Assembly (NCBI GenBank): GCA_964368835.1
Contig: CAYJCZ010000004.1
Coordinates: 59,385 to 123,384, forward strand
Direction of reading: 5' to 3'
DNA: 64,000 nt
DNA from: an uncultured Candidatus Saccharibacteria bacterium
GTDB lineage: Bacteria > Patescibacteriota > Minisyncoccia > Phycocordibacterales > UBA6065
The notes below the pieces were generated by a model. That model did no database searches. It was not told the origin of the DNA and saw only the letters and a list, made by a program, of their open reading frames with translations. Below are positions 8,275 through 17,205 of the stretch, in pieces. Position numbers and translations under genes: made by a program. Position 1 is the stretch's first letter. Every line of letters begins with the position of its first letter.

Positions 8275-10032
8275 TTATTTTATACCCTTCGTGAGCTTTT
8301 CCAATGCTTCGATATCCCCTTCAATTGTTTTTAGACCTTTCTCCCAGAAATCCGGTTTTGTGACATCAATGCCGATAGATTTGAAAATATTTTCTGGAGT
8401 ATCACTACCACCCGCTGACAGAAACTTATTTATTTTTTCAATATAAGTTTTATCTTCCTTATATTTTGCATAGAGTGCCTTTGAAATAAGCTGTCCGAAA
8501 GCATATGAGTATACATAAAAGAAACTGCGAATGTGTTTCCAAGATACAAACATATTACCGTCGAGTTTCTGCATTTTGGTAATTGGACCCAGATAATCAC
8601 TCATGTGTTTATTCATAAGATCTCCGATCTCTTCTTTTGTCATTGCACCTTTTGCTCGAATACCTTTATGCAGATCTATTTCGAAGTTAAAGCAGGCAAT
8701 CTGTCGGAAAATGGTTTGAACATCGTCGTTAATTTTATTGTGAAGCGCGTATATCTTTTCTTCCTTAGAAAGCTTTTCAAAGACAGCGTCAAAAACGAGC
8801 GCCTCGAAAAATGTACTTGCCACTTCAGCAGTTGAAAATGTGTAGTTTTGGTAAAACGGTCTCTGTATCTTTGAAAGTTCAGTATGAATTCCATGACCCA
8901 TCTCATGAGCAAAGGTCATAACCTGATCCATGGTATTTGTGTAATTTAAAAGTACATACGTTGGCATATTTACCGAGCCCGAGCAGTATGCGCCATCCGC
9001 CTTACCAACCCTTGGGTACACATCGATCTGCCCTTTTTCGAGATATGATTCAAGAATTTTAAGATACTTTTGATCCGTGTTTCCAAATACTTCCTTCAAA
9101 ATCACAACAGCTTCATCAAATTTAATCTCCTTTATGTTAGTACCAATACCTACGGCACGGTCTGAGTATTCAAGATTCGGAATCTTAAGTAGCTTTGCTT
9201 TAAGGTTATAGAAACGATGGCTGATTGGATAATTTTTCGTGACTGCAGAAACAAGTGCCATCACACTCTTCGAATCATTCTGATATCCCATGACGGTGGC
9301 GTCATAGGGTTCTTTATATCCACGAAGCTCGTCATTTATTTTTTTATCAGTAACAATGGCATTTATTTCACTTTCAGCGATTTCAGAAACACCCTCAAGC
9401 ACCTTCATGGTAGCTGTGTGAAGTTCACGGCGCTCTGCAATCGGAAGATCATGAATTTTCTGGCTAGCTTCAGCCAAAGGGATTGATTTTCCCATATAAA
9501 ATACCGTTTGCTTATTGAGAATCTTATCTGTCGCTGTAAGCCAATGAACATATGCAGGAATCGACTTTAGACCCAACACTTTTTCTTCAGGTTCAGACAA
9601 ATCATGCTTTGCACGACGGAAAACATTTGCGAGATAGTATTTGTAATGCGAAAGCTTTTTGCTCTTCAGAAACTTTTTTTGAAAGGGTGCTGTAATTTTT
9701 GCGAGTGAAAGCTCAAAGAAAACAATTTTATTCTCATTTGCTTGAAGTCGGGCCATGAGCTTTGTAGACTCTGCTCGAGAAGCAAAATCGTTATGTAAAT
9801 CCATATGATAATGGAAGTAATAGAGAGGCTTAGAGACTGCAATGCTTGAAAAAATCGCCTCAAAATCAATCAGGGCTTCAAGAAGCTTCTTTTCGTTTTT
9901 TACATAATCAGTTTTTCCACGATATTTTTTCTCGAATCGGCCATACGCCTTTTCGATAGCTTTCATATCCTTTTCAATCTGTGGGTCATTGTGTCCCTTG
10001 TAGAGTAAGCCTAAGTTCCAGGTTGTTTGCAT
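8275..10032 (-). CDS. pepF: Oligoendopeptidase F (M3B metallopeptidase)
   Basis: HEMGHGIH zinc-binding HExxH motif, about 585 aa, overall M3 family layout. Confidence 0.85.
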   Translation of the reverse strand: MQTTWNLGLLYKGHNDPQIEKDMKAIEKAYGRFEKKYRGKTDYVKNEKKLLEALIDFEAIFSSIAVSKPLYYFHYHMDLHNDFASRAESTKLMARLQANENKIVFFELSLAKITAPFQKKFLKSKKLSHYKYYLANVFRRAKHDLSEPEEKVLGLKSIPAYVHWLTATDKILNKQTVFYMGKSIPLAEASQKIHDLPIAERRELHTATMKVLEGVSEIAESEINAIVTDKKINDELRGYKEPYDATVMGYQNDSKSVMALVSAVTKNYPISHRFYNLKAKLLKIPNLEYSDRAVGIGTNIKEIKFDEAVVILKEVFGNTDQKYLKILESYLEKGQIDVYPRVGKADGAYCSGSVNMPTYVLLNYTNTMDQVMTFAHEMGHGIHTELSKIQRPFYQNYTFSTAEVASTFFEALVFDAVFEKLSKEEKIYALHNKINDDVQTIFRQIACFNFEIDLHKGIRAKGAMTKEEIGDLMNKHMSDYLGPITKMQKLDGNMFVSWKHIRSFFYVYSYAFGQLISKALYAKYKEDKTYIEKINKFLSAGGSDTPENIFKSIGIDVTKPDFWEKGLKTIEGDIEALEKLTKGIK

Positions 10033-10033
10033 A

Positions 10034-10627
10034 TTAAATATATTTTTCTAAGACTTTAAAATCTTTGAGTAATTCAGTTTTCATTCCTCCGTTATAAAGC
10101 GCTACCGCTGGATGGTACAAAGCTATCACAGTTACATCACCATATGAAGCCTTTCCTTTGAATTCCTCGCCGTGGATTTTAGATATGACATCTACCCTAT
10201 CTGCTAAACCATACTTTTCAAAAATATACTTCATTGAATGTCGGCCCAGGGTTGCTATCACTCGAGGCTTGATGATTTCGATCTGTTGATCAAGAAATGG
10301 TCCGTAAAGCGCTATCTCCTCGGCTGACGGATCTCTGTTATCCTGCGGGCGATCCTTCACCAGGTTCGTTATGTATACGCTCGCACGATCCATCTTGATT
10401 GATTCAAGCAATGTATCGAGCATTTTGCCTGATCTGCCACAGAATGGTTTGCCTGTCTGAGCCTCCTTTTCTCCAGGTGCCTCTCCAACAAAGATGATAT
10501 GAGAATTTAGGCTTCCTTCACCGATAACGGGTAAATAGTTATTTTGCAGACGAAATGAATGCAAAGAAGACTCTTTCAGATTCTCTATCCTTTTATGTAT
10601 TTCATCAAATTTATCCTTTGTAGTCAT
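10034..10627 (-). CDS. Uracil-DNA glycosylase, family 4
   Basis: GEAPGEKEAQTGKPFCGRSGKMLD matches the family-4 UDG motif GEAPGxxExxxGxPFvGxaG. Confidence 0.85.
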   Translation of the reverse strand: MTTKDKFDEIHKRIENLKESSLHSFRLQNNYLPVIGEGSLNSHIIFVGEAPGEKEAQTGKPFCGRSGKMLDTLLESIKMDRASVYITNLVKDRPQDNRDPSAEEIALYGPFLDQQIEIIKPRVIATLGRHSMKYIFEKYGLADRVDVISKIHGEEFKGKASYGDVTVIALYHPAVALYNGGMKTELLKDFKVLEKYI

Positions 10628-10923
10628 AAAGCTGATATCACACCTTCTGCTTTAAGTAGTTTTTGCTTTGCCTGGACTCCTTCTTGGCCACCACGAATAC
10701 CGTTATATCCTCCGAGTTTTCCGTCTGATCTAATCACACGATGACAAGGAATAGATATATCTCTGTTGTGAGACATTATAGTTCCAACAGCTCGTGCTGC
10801 CTGAGGACTACCAGCCCTAAGCGCAACTTCCTTGTATGTTAGAGTCTTTCCTTTTGGGATATCTTTAACCACTCTTAAAACCATCTCCTTAAAGGAGGCT
10901 TGCCGTTTTGTTACCAGTTTCAT
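10624..10923 (-). CDS. ogt: Methylated-DNA-protein-cysteine methyltransferase (Ogt/MGMT DNA-binding domain protein)
   Basis: IPCHRVIRSDGKLGGY, the PCHRV active-site motif. The domain begins at SFKEMVLRVVKDIPKGKTLTYKEV, so start is set at M59 (ATG 10923), overlapping the upstream gene by 35 nt. Alternative start ATG 10884 directly abuts a GGAG. Confidence 0.75.
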   Translation of the reverse strand: MKLVTKRQASFKEMVLRVVKDIPKGKTLTYKEVALRAGSPQAARAVGTIMSHNRDISIPCHRVIRSDGKLGGYNGIRGGQEGVQAKQKLLKAEGVISAL

Positions 10924-11746
10924 CGTCGTTTTTCTTAGATTTTTTCTCAGGTTTCTTTTCTGGCTTTTCTTCTGCCTTTTTTGCAGGTTTTGCAAACTTT
11001 GCCTGTACTTCCATGGCGAGCTTCCGGTAATTACAGTAATCACAAAATTTTCCAGGCATTGGAAGCTCATCTTTTTCAAGACACTCCTTTGCCTCAAGGA
11101 TAGTTTTTTCTACCCAATCATCTGATCCAGTATATGCAATCAACGTGACTTCAAATTCTAGTTTGCTATCAAATGCTTTTCTGTCTCTCAGGCCGTTTGC
11201 ATAAACAAAATATCCAGTATCAGATACTTTGAAGCCCTTTCTTCGTAGAAGCCACTGGTATACCTCCATCTGTCTTTTGTATCCATCTTGCCAATCAGCA
11301 TCCAAATTAACTTTTTCATCTTTTGAAGTTGATTTGTAGTCAACGACAATGAGCTCACCATCAGGATTTACCCACACATCGTCGATAGCACCACTGATAA
11401 GTAGACCGGATTCAGGATGCCTGAATTGAATACCCTCAAAGTTCTCGCGCCATGTGTTGAGCTCGCTGTGTGCAAACGGAATAGCGTCAACGCCGTATTC
11501 TGACATAAGTGGGTGTGATGTCTTTGCTACTCGATGCGCATCAAACTCCTTTTTCAAAAGATGGTCGACAGCGGAATTGAGATTGAAGGGAAAACCTTTT
11601 GGTCTCGCAACGCCGAGTTTATTATCAACATAAAAGCAACGAGGGCATTCAACAAACAAATCTAGCTTGGAACGCGAAAGCTTCCATTTGTATCCTCCGT
11701 AGTTCCAATCTGAACTTCGTTTACCTTTAAGTGGAAAAGTTCCCAT
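10889..11746 (-). CDS. PD-(D/E)XK nuclease superfamily protein with four Cys (Cas4/RecB-nuclease-like)
   Basis: VVDYKST core (D..K), N-terminal CPRCFY and C-terminal CDYCNY cysteines, and a Lys/Glu-rich tail. Confidence 0.6.
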   Translation of the reverse strand: MGTFPLKGKRSSDWNYGGYKWKLSRSKLDLFVECPRCFYVDNKLGVARPKGFPFNLNSAVDHLLKKEFDAHRVAKTSHPLMSEYGVDAIPFAHSELNTWRENFEGIQFRHPESGLLISGAIDDVWVNPDGELIVVDYKSTSKDEKVNLDADWQDGYKRQMEVYQWLLRRKGFKVSDTGYFVYANGLRDRKAFDSKLEFEVTLIAYTGSDDWVEKTILEAKECLEKDELPMPGKFCDYCNYRKLAMEVQAKFAKPAKKAEEKPEKKPEKKSKKNDDETGNKTASLL

Positions 11747-11748
11747 AT

Positions 11749-12600
11749 TTATTTACACACGTTCGCTATTTCGTCTAAAAGCATTGGTATTTTTGCTTTT
11801 TCTATACCAAACGCAGGAAGATCGGCCTCTCTTTCAGCAATATGCTTGCAAAGTATAAGTCCTGCATCAAGAAGAGATCGCTTTTCAACTGGTGAAAGCG
11901 AAAGCAGTGATGTGAGCGGGTGAAGCTTTGATTCATTTATAAGATCCTCCAGATTTCCTTTGTCGGGATAATTCCAACCAATGAGTGAAAGGCCCTGGCA
12001 TTCGGCATACCTGATTGCGTGATCAGTGAATTTTGTATTTGTAAATAATTGAAAGGTGCTTATTTTACGCATTTTGCCGCCATATTCATGAGAACCGTTC
12101 TTTAGGTCATCAAAACGTGCCCTGATATACAGAGCTACCTTGAGATCTGACTTTAGGCCAGGTTCATTATGAAATTTTGCTTCTACGATCGACAATTTAT
12201 CACCCTTCCATGCCACAACATCAACCTCATGCTCAACACACTTACCTTGAATGATTTGTCCTGTGACTGCCTCATACCCTTTTGCCTTAAAAATTTCTGC
12301 AATAAGTTTCTCAAAAGGAAAACCACTTGGACCGAGATCAGCGATCGCTCGTTTCATCGAATAGCGCGCGGCAACTGGTTTTGCGTCTTGTCTAAGTATT
12401 TCAAAAGCATGCTTGTAAATTTCAGACGTAGGAATACCATTTACAAGCTCTTTCTCAATATGCTCGCAAATTCGATTAGCTTCAGCATCTGTCGCACCAG
12501 CCTTATGTAATGAAAGAATAAGCTTTGCCGGCACAAAAGTCTCCTGCTCGCCGGTTGATTTGAGTACAAGTATTTGTGACATGGTCACATTATAACCCAA
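11749..12600 (-). CDS. ATP-cone domain fused to Mrr-like restriction endonuclease domain
   Basis: N-terminal ILVLKSTGEQETFVPAKLILSLHKAG is ATP-cone-like (as in NrdR/NrdA N-termini). Central FEKLIAEIFKAKGYEAVTGQ...VDVVAWKGDKLSIVEAK matches the restriction endonuclease (Mrr_cat) D-(D/E)xK core. Confidence 0.6.
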   Translation of the reverse strand: MGYNVTMSQILVLKSTGEQETFVPAKLILSLHKAGATDAEANRICEHIEKELVNGIPTSEIYKHAFEILRQDAKPVAARYSMKRAIADLGPSGFPFEKLIAEIFKAKGYEAVTGQIIQGKCVEHEVDVVAWKGDKLSIVEAKFHNEPGLKSDLKVALYIRARFDDLKNGSHEYGGKMRKISTFQLFTNTKFTDHAIRYAECQGLSLIGWNYPDKGNLEDLINESKLHPLTSLLSLSPVEKRSLLDAGLILCKHIAEREADLPAFGIEKAKIPMLLDEIANVCK

Positions 12601-12601
12601 A

Positions 12602-13660
12602 CTATCTTACAATTCCGCCTCCCAGACAGACCTTTTCGTCGTATATTACGATTGATTGGCCAGAAGCAATTATGAGAGCTTCATCAAATGTAACTATCGA
12701 GTTTGTGACCATGCATGGCAAAAGATCACCAAGATGTCTGATTCTTGCATGATATTTCCTATCCTTTGCTGGTTTTTCTCCAATCCAATTCACTGATTCA
12801 ATCTCAAACTCGTTTTTTTCAATCGAAAGTTTTCCCGATGGGCCCTTGTGCGACACCTTAAGAATATTTTTAGAAAGGTCTCGATCGATTATGTAGTAGG
12901 GCGAATCTTCAGGAGTCTTTGTGTGTACGATAAAGCCGTGACGCTCCCCAATGGTGTGAAATAGTGCGCCATCATGTTCACCGATGACTTTTCCTTCTTC
13001 ATTTACCACATCTCCTTTCTTGGATTCAATGTAGTGTGAGAGGAATTCCTTCATGCTCACCTTACCTATAAAGCAAAGTCCCTGGCTATCTTTCTTTTCA
13101 GCAACAGGCAGATTGTATTTCCTTGCAAGAGTTCGAGTTTCTGATTTTTCCAGGCCACCAACCGGGAAAAGTGTCTTAGCAATTTGTTCTTTGGTTAAAG
13201 TCCACAAGAAATAGCTTTGATCCTTGCCCTGATCTACGCCGGCGATCATTTTTCCTTGTATCGATTGCGCATAGTGTCCTGTCGCAACAAAATCTGCACC
13301 ACTCTTCATTGCGTAGTCATAGAAACCGCCAAACTTAACATACTTATTACACATAATGTCAGGATTGGGAGTTCGACCGGCCTTATATTCAGAAACCATA
13401 TAATCAACGACTTCCTTTTTGTACTCATTCTCCAAGTCTAGAGTTTTAAAAGGTATGCCAAGGTGCACGCAGACACGCATTGCATCAAGTCTGTCTTCCC
13501 TCCAGGTGCATTCATACCAATCAGGCTGCCACACCTTTATAAAAACCCCTGTAACGTCGTAGCCCTGCTCTTGTAGTAGCGCAGCAGAAACAGAAGAGTC
13601 TACACCCCCTGACATTCCAACATATACCTTTGTTTTTGAGCCCTTTGCGCTGCTTTTCAT
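12602..13660 (-). CDS. mnmA: tRNA-specific 2-thiouridylase MnmA
   Basis: VYVGMSGGVDSSVSAALL PP-loop (SGGxDS) and the conserved Cys-containing region; about 350 aa. Confidence 0.9.
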   Translation of the reverse strand: MKSSAKGSKTKVYVGMSGGVDSSVSAALLQEQGYDVTGVFIKVWQPDWYECTWREDRLDAMRVCVHLGIPFKTLDLENEYKKEVVDYMVSEYKAGRTPNPDIMCNKYVKFGGFYDYAMKSGADFVATGHYAQSIQGKMIAGVDQGKDQSYFLWTLTKEQIAKTLFPVGGLEKSETRTLARKYNLPVAEKKDSQGLCFIGKVSMKEFLSHYIESKKGDVVNEEGKVIGEHDGALFHTIGERHGFIVHTKTPEDSPYYIIDRDLSKNILKVSHKGPSGKLSIEKNEFEIESVNWIGEKPAKDRKYHARIRHLGDLLPCMVTNSIVTFDEALIIASGQSIVIYDEKVCLGGGIVR

Positions 13661-13686
13661 AAGATATATGTATCACCTATCACGTA

Positions 13687-14721
13687 TTAGTCCAAATACT
13701 TTGCCTTATTTATAAGATGATTGTCGTACGTTGTTGCTGGATGAAACCCGCCCTCAGGATCAGTTAAGTAAAAGTAGTATTTGGTCTTAGTAGGACTAAT
13801 TGCGGCTTTAATTGCATCAAGACCTGGATTAGAGATAGGAGTTGGAGGAAATCCTAGATTTAAATACGTATTGTAAGGAGATTTAAGTTTGAAATCGTCT
13901 GAAGTAAGCTTATTCCCATCTGCTTTACCGGTAAGGTACACAACAGAAGCATCAACCTGAAGCGGCATTTTTTCATCGAGGCGTTTCCACAAAATGTCCG
14001 CAATTACCTGTCTTGTCTCAAACACCCGTCCTTCTTCTTCAAGTATAGATGCCATGGAAATGATTTCTTCAATAGGTCTCTTAAAGGCAACTATTTCCTC
14101 GGAGATAGTCGCAATTTTCTTTTTGTAGGTATCTAGCATTACCGCCAACACATCTTCTGCTGTGACATTTGGTAAGAAAAGATACGTCTCAGGGAATAAG
14201 TAACCCTCGTACGGAGTAGCAATTTTTATAAATTGATTTTTACTAAAGTATTTAAATTTCGGTTCTTTTATAAAAAGTTCTGCAATTTCCTTTGAATTCA
14301 ACCCTTCAGGGATCGTAATTCTTACATTCTTAAGTTCATAGTCTCCATGTGAAAGCCTCCATGCCATTTTAAGTGAGCTTTGGGGCTTCTCGAGGTAATA
14401 CTCTCCGGCCATAAGACCTTTAGTTCCACCAAACAAAACCATAAGGCTCTTAAACGCAAAAGGAGATCGTATGATATTTGTTTCTTTCAAAGATAGCGCA
14501 CTTCCCGAAAGCGTCTCTCCTTTCTTAACCACGATCACTGTATCGACTGGGAACGCCTGAGGTGGCGAAGCAAGAAAACGATAACCGAGTACAAAAAGCG
14601 TAAAGAGTACAAATCCTGCGCAATACCACACTTTCCATTGTTCGAAATGGGATTTCTCTGGTGACACAGAAACGACTGGCTCCTGCGGCTCGGGAGTTGT
14701 GATAAAAGTATTTGGATCCAT
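13687..14721 (-). CDS. mltG: Endolytic murein transglycosylase MltG (YceG family)
   Basis: N-terminal TM helix and C-terminal SPYNTYLNLGFPPTPISNPGLDAIKAAISP...YYFYL YceG signature. Start set to ATG 14721 (M35), one nt after the upstream stop. Confidence 0.8.
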   Translation of the reverse strand: MDPNTFITTPEPQEPVVSVSPEKSHFEQWKVWYCAGFVLFTLFVLGYRFLASPPQAFPVDTVIVVKKGETLSGSALSLKETNIIRSPFAFKSLMVLFGGTKGLMAGEYYLEKPQSSLKMAWRLSHGDYELKNVRITIPEGLNSKEIAELFIKEPKFKYFSKNQFIKIATPYEGYLFPETYLFLPNVTAEDVLAVMLDTYKKKIATISEEIVAFKRPIEEIISMASILEEEGRVFETRQVIADILWKRLDEKMPLQVDASVVYLTGKADGNKLTSDDFKLKSPYNTYLNLGFPPTPISNPGLDAIKAAISPTKTKYYFYLTDPEGGFHPATTYDNHLINKAKYLD

Positions 14722-14722
14722 A

Positions 14723-15985
14723 TTAAACTGGAAGATTTGAAGGAGCCTCTGCTCGCTTTGATGGAATACGATCGATGGTTGGTGTACCAGCAACTGAACC
14801 AGGGAAATGGAAAATAGTTGCAAACTCCTCGGTGTTTAGAACCATCGGCTTGCTGTAATAAGGCGCAAGGAAATATCCTCGTCGTCGATACGCCTTGAGA
14901 ACCTCCCTTGCAACATGCTCCTTATCTTTATCCTTCTTTATCTTAGCCGCGAGCCATGTGTCTCCATTAGGGGCAAAGCCGTTGAGATACTCAGAGCTGT
15001 AGTGCTTGAACATTGCAGGAACTCCTCCTATTCCAAACGTAGGATCAAATGCTTCTGGTTTTGTAGCTAGAAACACCACTCGGATACCAACATCAAAAGA
15101 TGGCTTGGACACACTGCGGCCAATTGCTTCAACGACTTCTTCTTCAGCTCTTGATAAGACATATTTAATCGGCTTGCCGTCATCATCTGTATCACCAACT
15201 TTTGTTTTAGAATCTCGTTTCAAGAAATCCTCGCTGATAATTTTTTCTGCATCCGCCTTCCAATTATCCTCTTCCTTAGCAAAAAGATAATGATGCTTTT
15301 TATCCTTCTTATGTGCACGAACAATCATCTGAATCCAGATGTGCTGGTCTTTGCTTGCTGATCCCATCCATTCAAGCCCTGGAACCATTGGATCAATCTT
15401 AAACTCTTCTTTTGGATCCTTATCCAACCCGTAATCAATGTATGTTTTTATTGGATACGGATCTGGCTTTGTAAGCTTTAGATCAACCGCCCACATCTTC
15501 ATGGTTTTTGGATCAAAAAACACTTTATCGGCATAATCCTCACGCTCATGGATTTCGATTCCAGGATATTGCGAATACAAGGCTGCCATGAGATTTTTCT
15601 TGCGCCTTTCTTCGGTACGAATCAAAAATTTAATCTTTCCCTCTTCAGAAATAAGTTCAAAGGAATATTCTGGTCGAGATTCTCCCTCCCAATACATTTT
15701 CTTCATGCCGCCATCTGACGTGTTGTGAATTGTATTAAGCACAAGCTCCATCGCTTTGGGCGATTTTACAGTTTCTCGAGGAAGCTTAATTTCGAGAAGA
15801 GTTTTTTTAATTTTTACAGCCCAGGCAGTTCGTACATACGTAAGCCATTTTTCCCAAGCAAATTCCACAATAACAATAGGGACCCAAATAACAGCAAGAA
15901 AAAGAGTCCAACGTAGCGTCTCCGGTAAGACTACATGAAGCACAAAATAAGGAAGATCAGCTGCTATAAGTGAGAAAATATTCAC
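14723..15985 (-). CDS. Hypothetical membrane protein (2 N-terminal TM helices, large soluble domain)
   Basis: ORF of 420 aa with no motif recognised. Confidence 0.5.
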   Translation of the reverse strand: MNIFSLIAADLPYFVLHVVLPETLRWTLFLAVIWVPIVIVEFAWEKWLTYVRTAWAVKIKKTLLEIKLPRETVKSPKAMELVLNTIHNTSDGGMKKMYWEGESRPEYSFELISEEGKIKFLIRTEERRKKNLMAALYSQYPGIEIHEREDYADKVFFDPKTMKMWAVDLKLTKPDPYPIKTYIDYGLDKDPKEEFKIDPMVPGLEWMGSASKDQHIWIQMIVRAHKKDKKHHYLFAKEEDNWKADAEKIISEDFLKRDSKTKVGDTDDDGKPIKYVLSRAEEEVVEAIGRSVSKPSFDVGIRVVFLATKPEAFDPTFGIGGVPAMFKHYSSEYLNGFAPNGDTWLAAKIKKDKDKEHVAREVLKAYRRRGYFLAPYYSKPMVLNTEEFATIFHFPGSVAGTPTIDRIPSKRAEAPSNLPV

Positions 15986-16053
15986 CCAGTAATAATACTA
16001 GAATAAGCTTTCTCCCGCAAAGCAAAACCACCCGGTTAAGGGTGGTTTAAAGC

Positions 16054-17082
16054 TTACGCCATCGAATATCGTCCTTCTTTGTCTTTTTTGAAATACTTTG
16101 GGTTCTGAAGATTAACGAGGATAGTGTTTTCTTTCACATATCGCTCCTTCATTACCTTGTCGATAACATCCTTTTTGGTGAGTGGACCGTTCTTTTCAAT
16201 AACCTTCTTGATAACGTCCTTAACAACACCTGACATGTAACCCCATTCTGAGAGTGCGTAGAGACCTCGTCCAACGAGAACAAATCGAGGATCCTTGATA
16301 AGTTCATTGTGAGTTGTTGCAACATGAGCCTTCTTGTTGAACATCTTCTCAATCTGCTTTGCTACTTCGCGGAAATGGATTGGAGATCCATGTTTTCGAA
16401 TAACGAGGAAAGCGTAATCTCGCATACCCTTTGCCTTGATGTTTGGAGAATGTGAGACGCCCCATTCACCGAGAGGATTCTTTCCAACTTTCTTTGAAAG
16501 AGAAAGCCATCGCTTCAAAATCTCATCATTTCGATAGGTATCATTGAGACCTTCGATATGATTAAGGAACGTATCAATCATCTCTGATTCAGGAATGATA
16601 TCGTCGTCCTTGAGGTTCTTATAAAGCTTCTTGAGAGCATCTTCAACCTTCTTTGAGGTTGCCTCGTCTACATGCCACCTATGCTTGAAATGATCGTCTT
16701 CCTTCTGCCATTTGAAAGCTCGTCCGAGTACAAGGAGGAAGTAAATGTGATTCTGAATAGACGGGTCTTTTGAGACACTATCGAGAAGATCTTCCTCTGC
16801 CATAACACCTCCCATCTGAGTCATCATCTCTTCGAGTTCCTTGAAAGCAGCATTCTGGGCCTCATATTCCTTAGATTTCTGAATATTTGAAATAGCGTAA
16901 TTTTCGATCTGTCGGACACGCTCACGAGTGATGCCATAGGTCTTACCAATAGCTTCAAGAGTCATCTTGTTTGGTTCCTTTCCAAGGCCATAGCGCTTGG
17001 TAATAACCTCCTGAGCACGGTCAGGCAAGCTCTTGAGAAGAGCCTTAACAACCTGTTTTGGTTTGAGCGTAAGCGTAGTCAT
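16054..17082 (-). CDS. Sigma-70 region-4-like HTH fused to C-terminal HARE-HTH domain; putative transcription factor
   Basis: N-terminal LEAIGKTYGITRERVRQIENYAISNIQ is sigma70_r4-like. C-terminal HFREVAKQIE...FVLVGRGLYALSEWGY is a HARE-HTH signature as in RNAP delta. Start set to M26 (ATG 17082). Confidence 0.6.
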   Translation of the reverse strand: MTTLTLKPKQVVKALLKSLPDRAQEVITKRYGLGKEPNKMTLEAIGKTYGITRERVRQIENYAISNIQKSKEYEAQNAAFKELEEMMTQMGGVMAEEDLLDSVSKDPSIQNHIYFLLVLGRAFKWQKEDDHFKHRWHVDEATSKKVEDALKKLYKNLKDDDIIPESEMIDTFLNHIEGLNDTYRNDEILKRWLSLSKKVGKNPLGEWGVSHSPNIKAKGMRDYAFLVIRKHGSPIHFREVAKQIEKMFNKKAHVATTHNELIKDPRFVLVGRGLYALSEWGYMSGVVKDVIKKVIEKNGPLTKKDVIDKVMKERYVKENTILVNLQNPKYFKKDKEGRYSMA

Positions 17083-17205
17083 AATATAGCGCGCGTTCCT
17101 TAAATTTCTTATAAATATCGTTGAAATCAAATTATCACTGGTTTCGCAGTAAGTCAAGCTTATGTAATATTACCACACTTGTCAAGACTTGTCCTAGCTA
17201 CCCTT

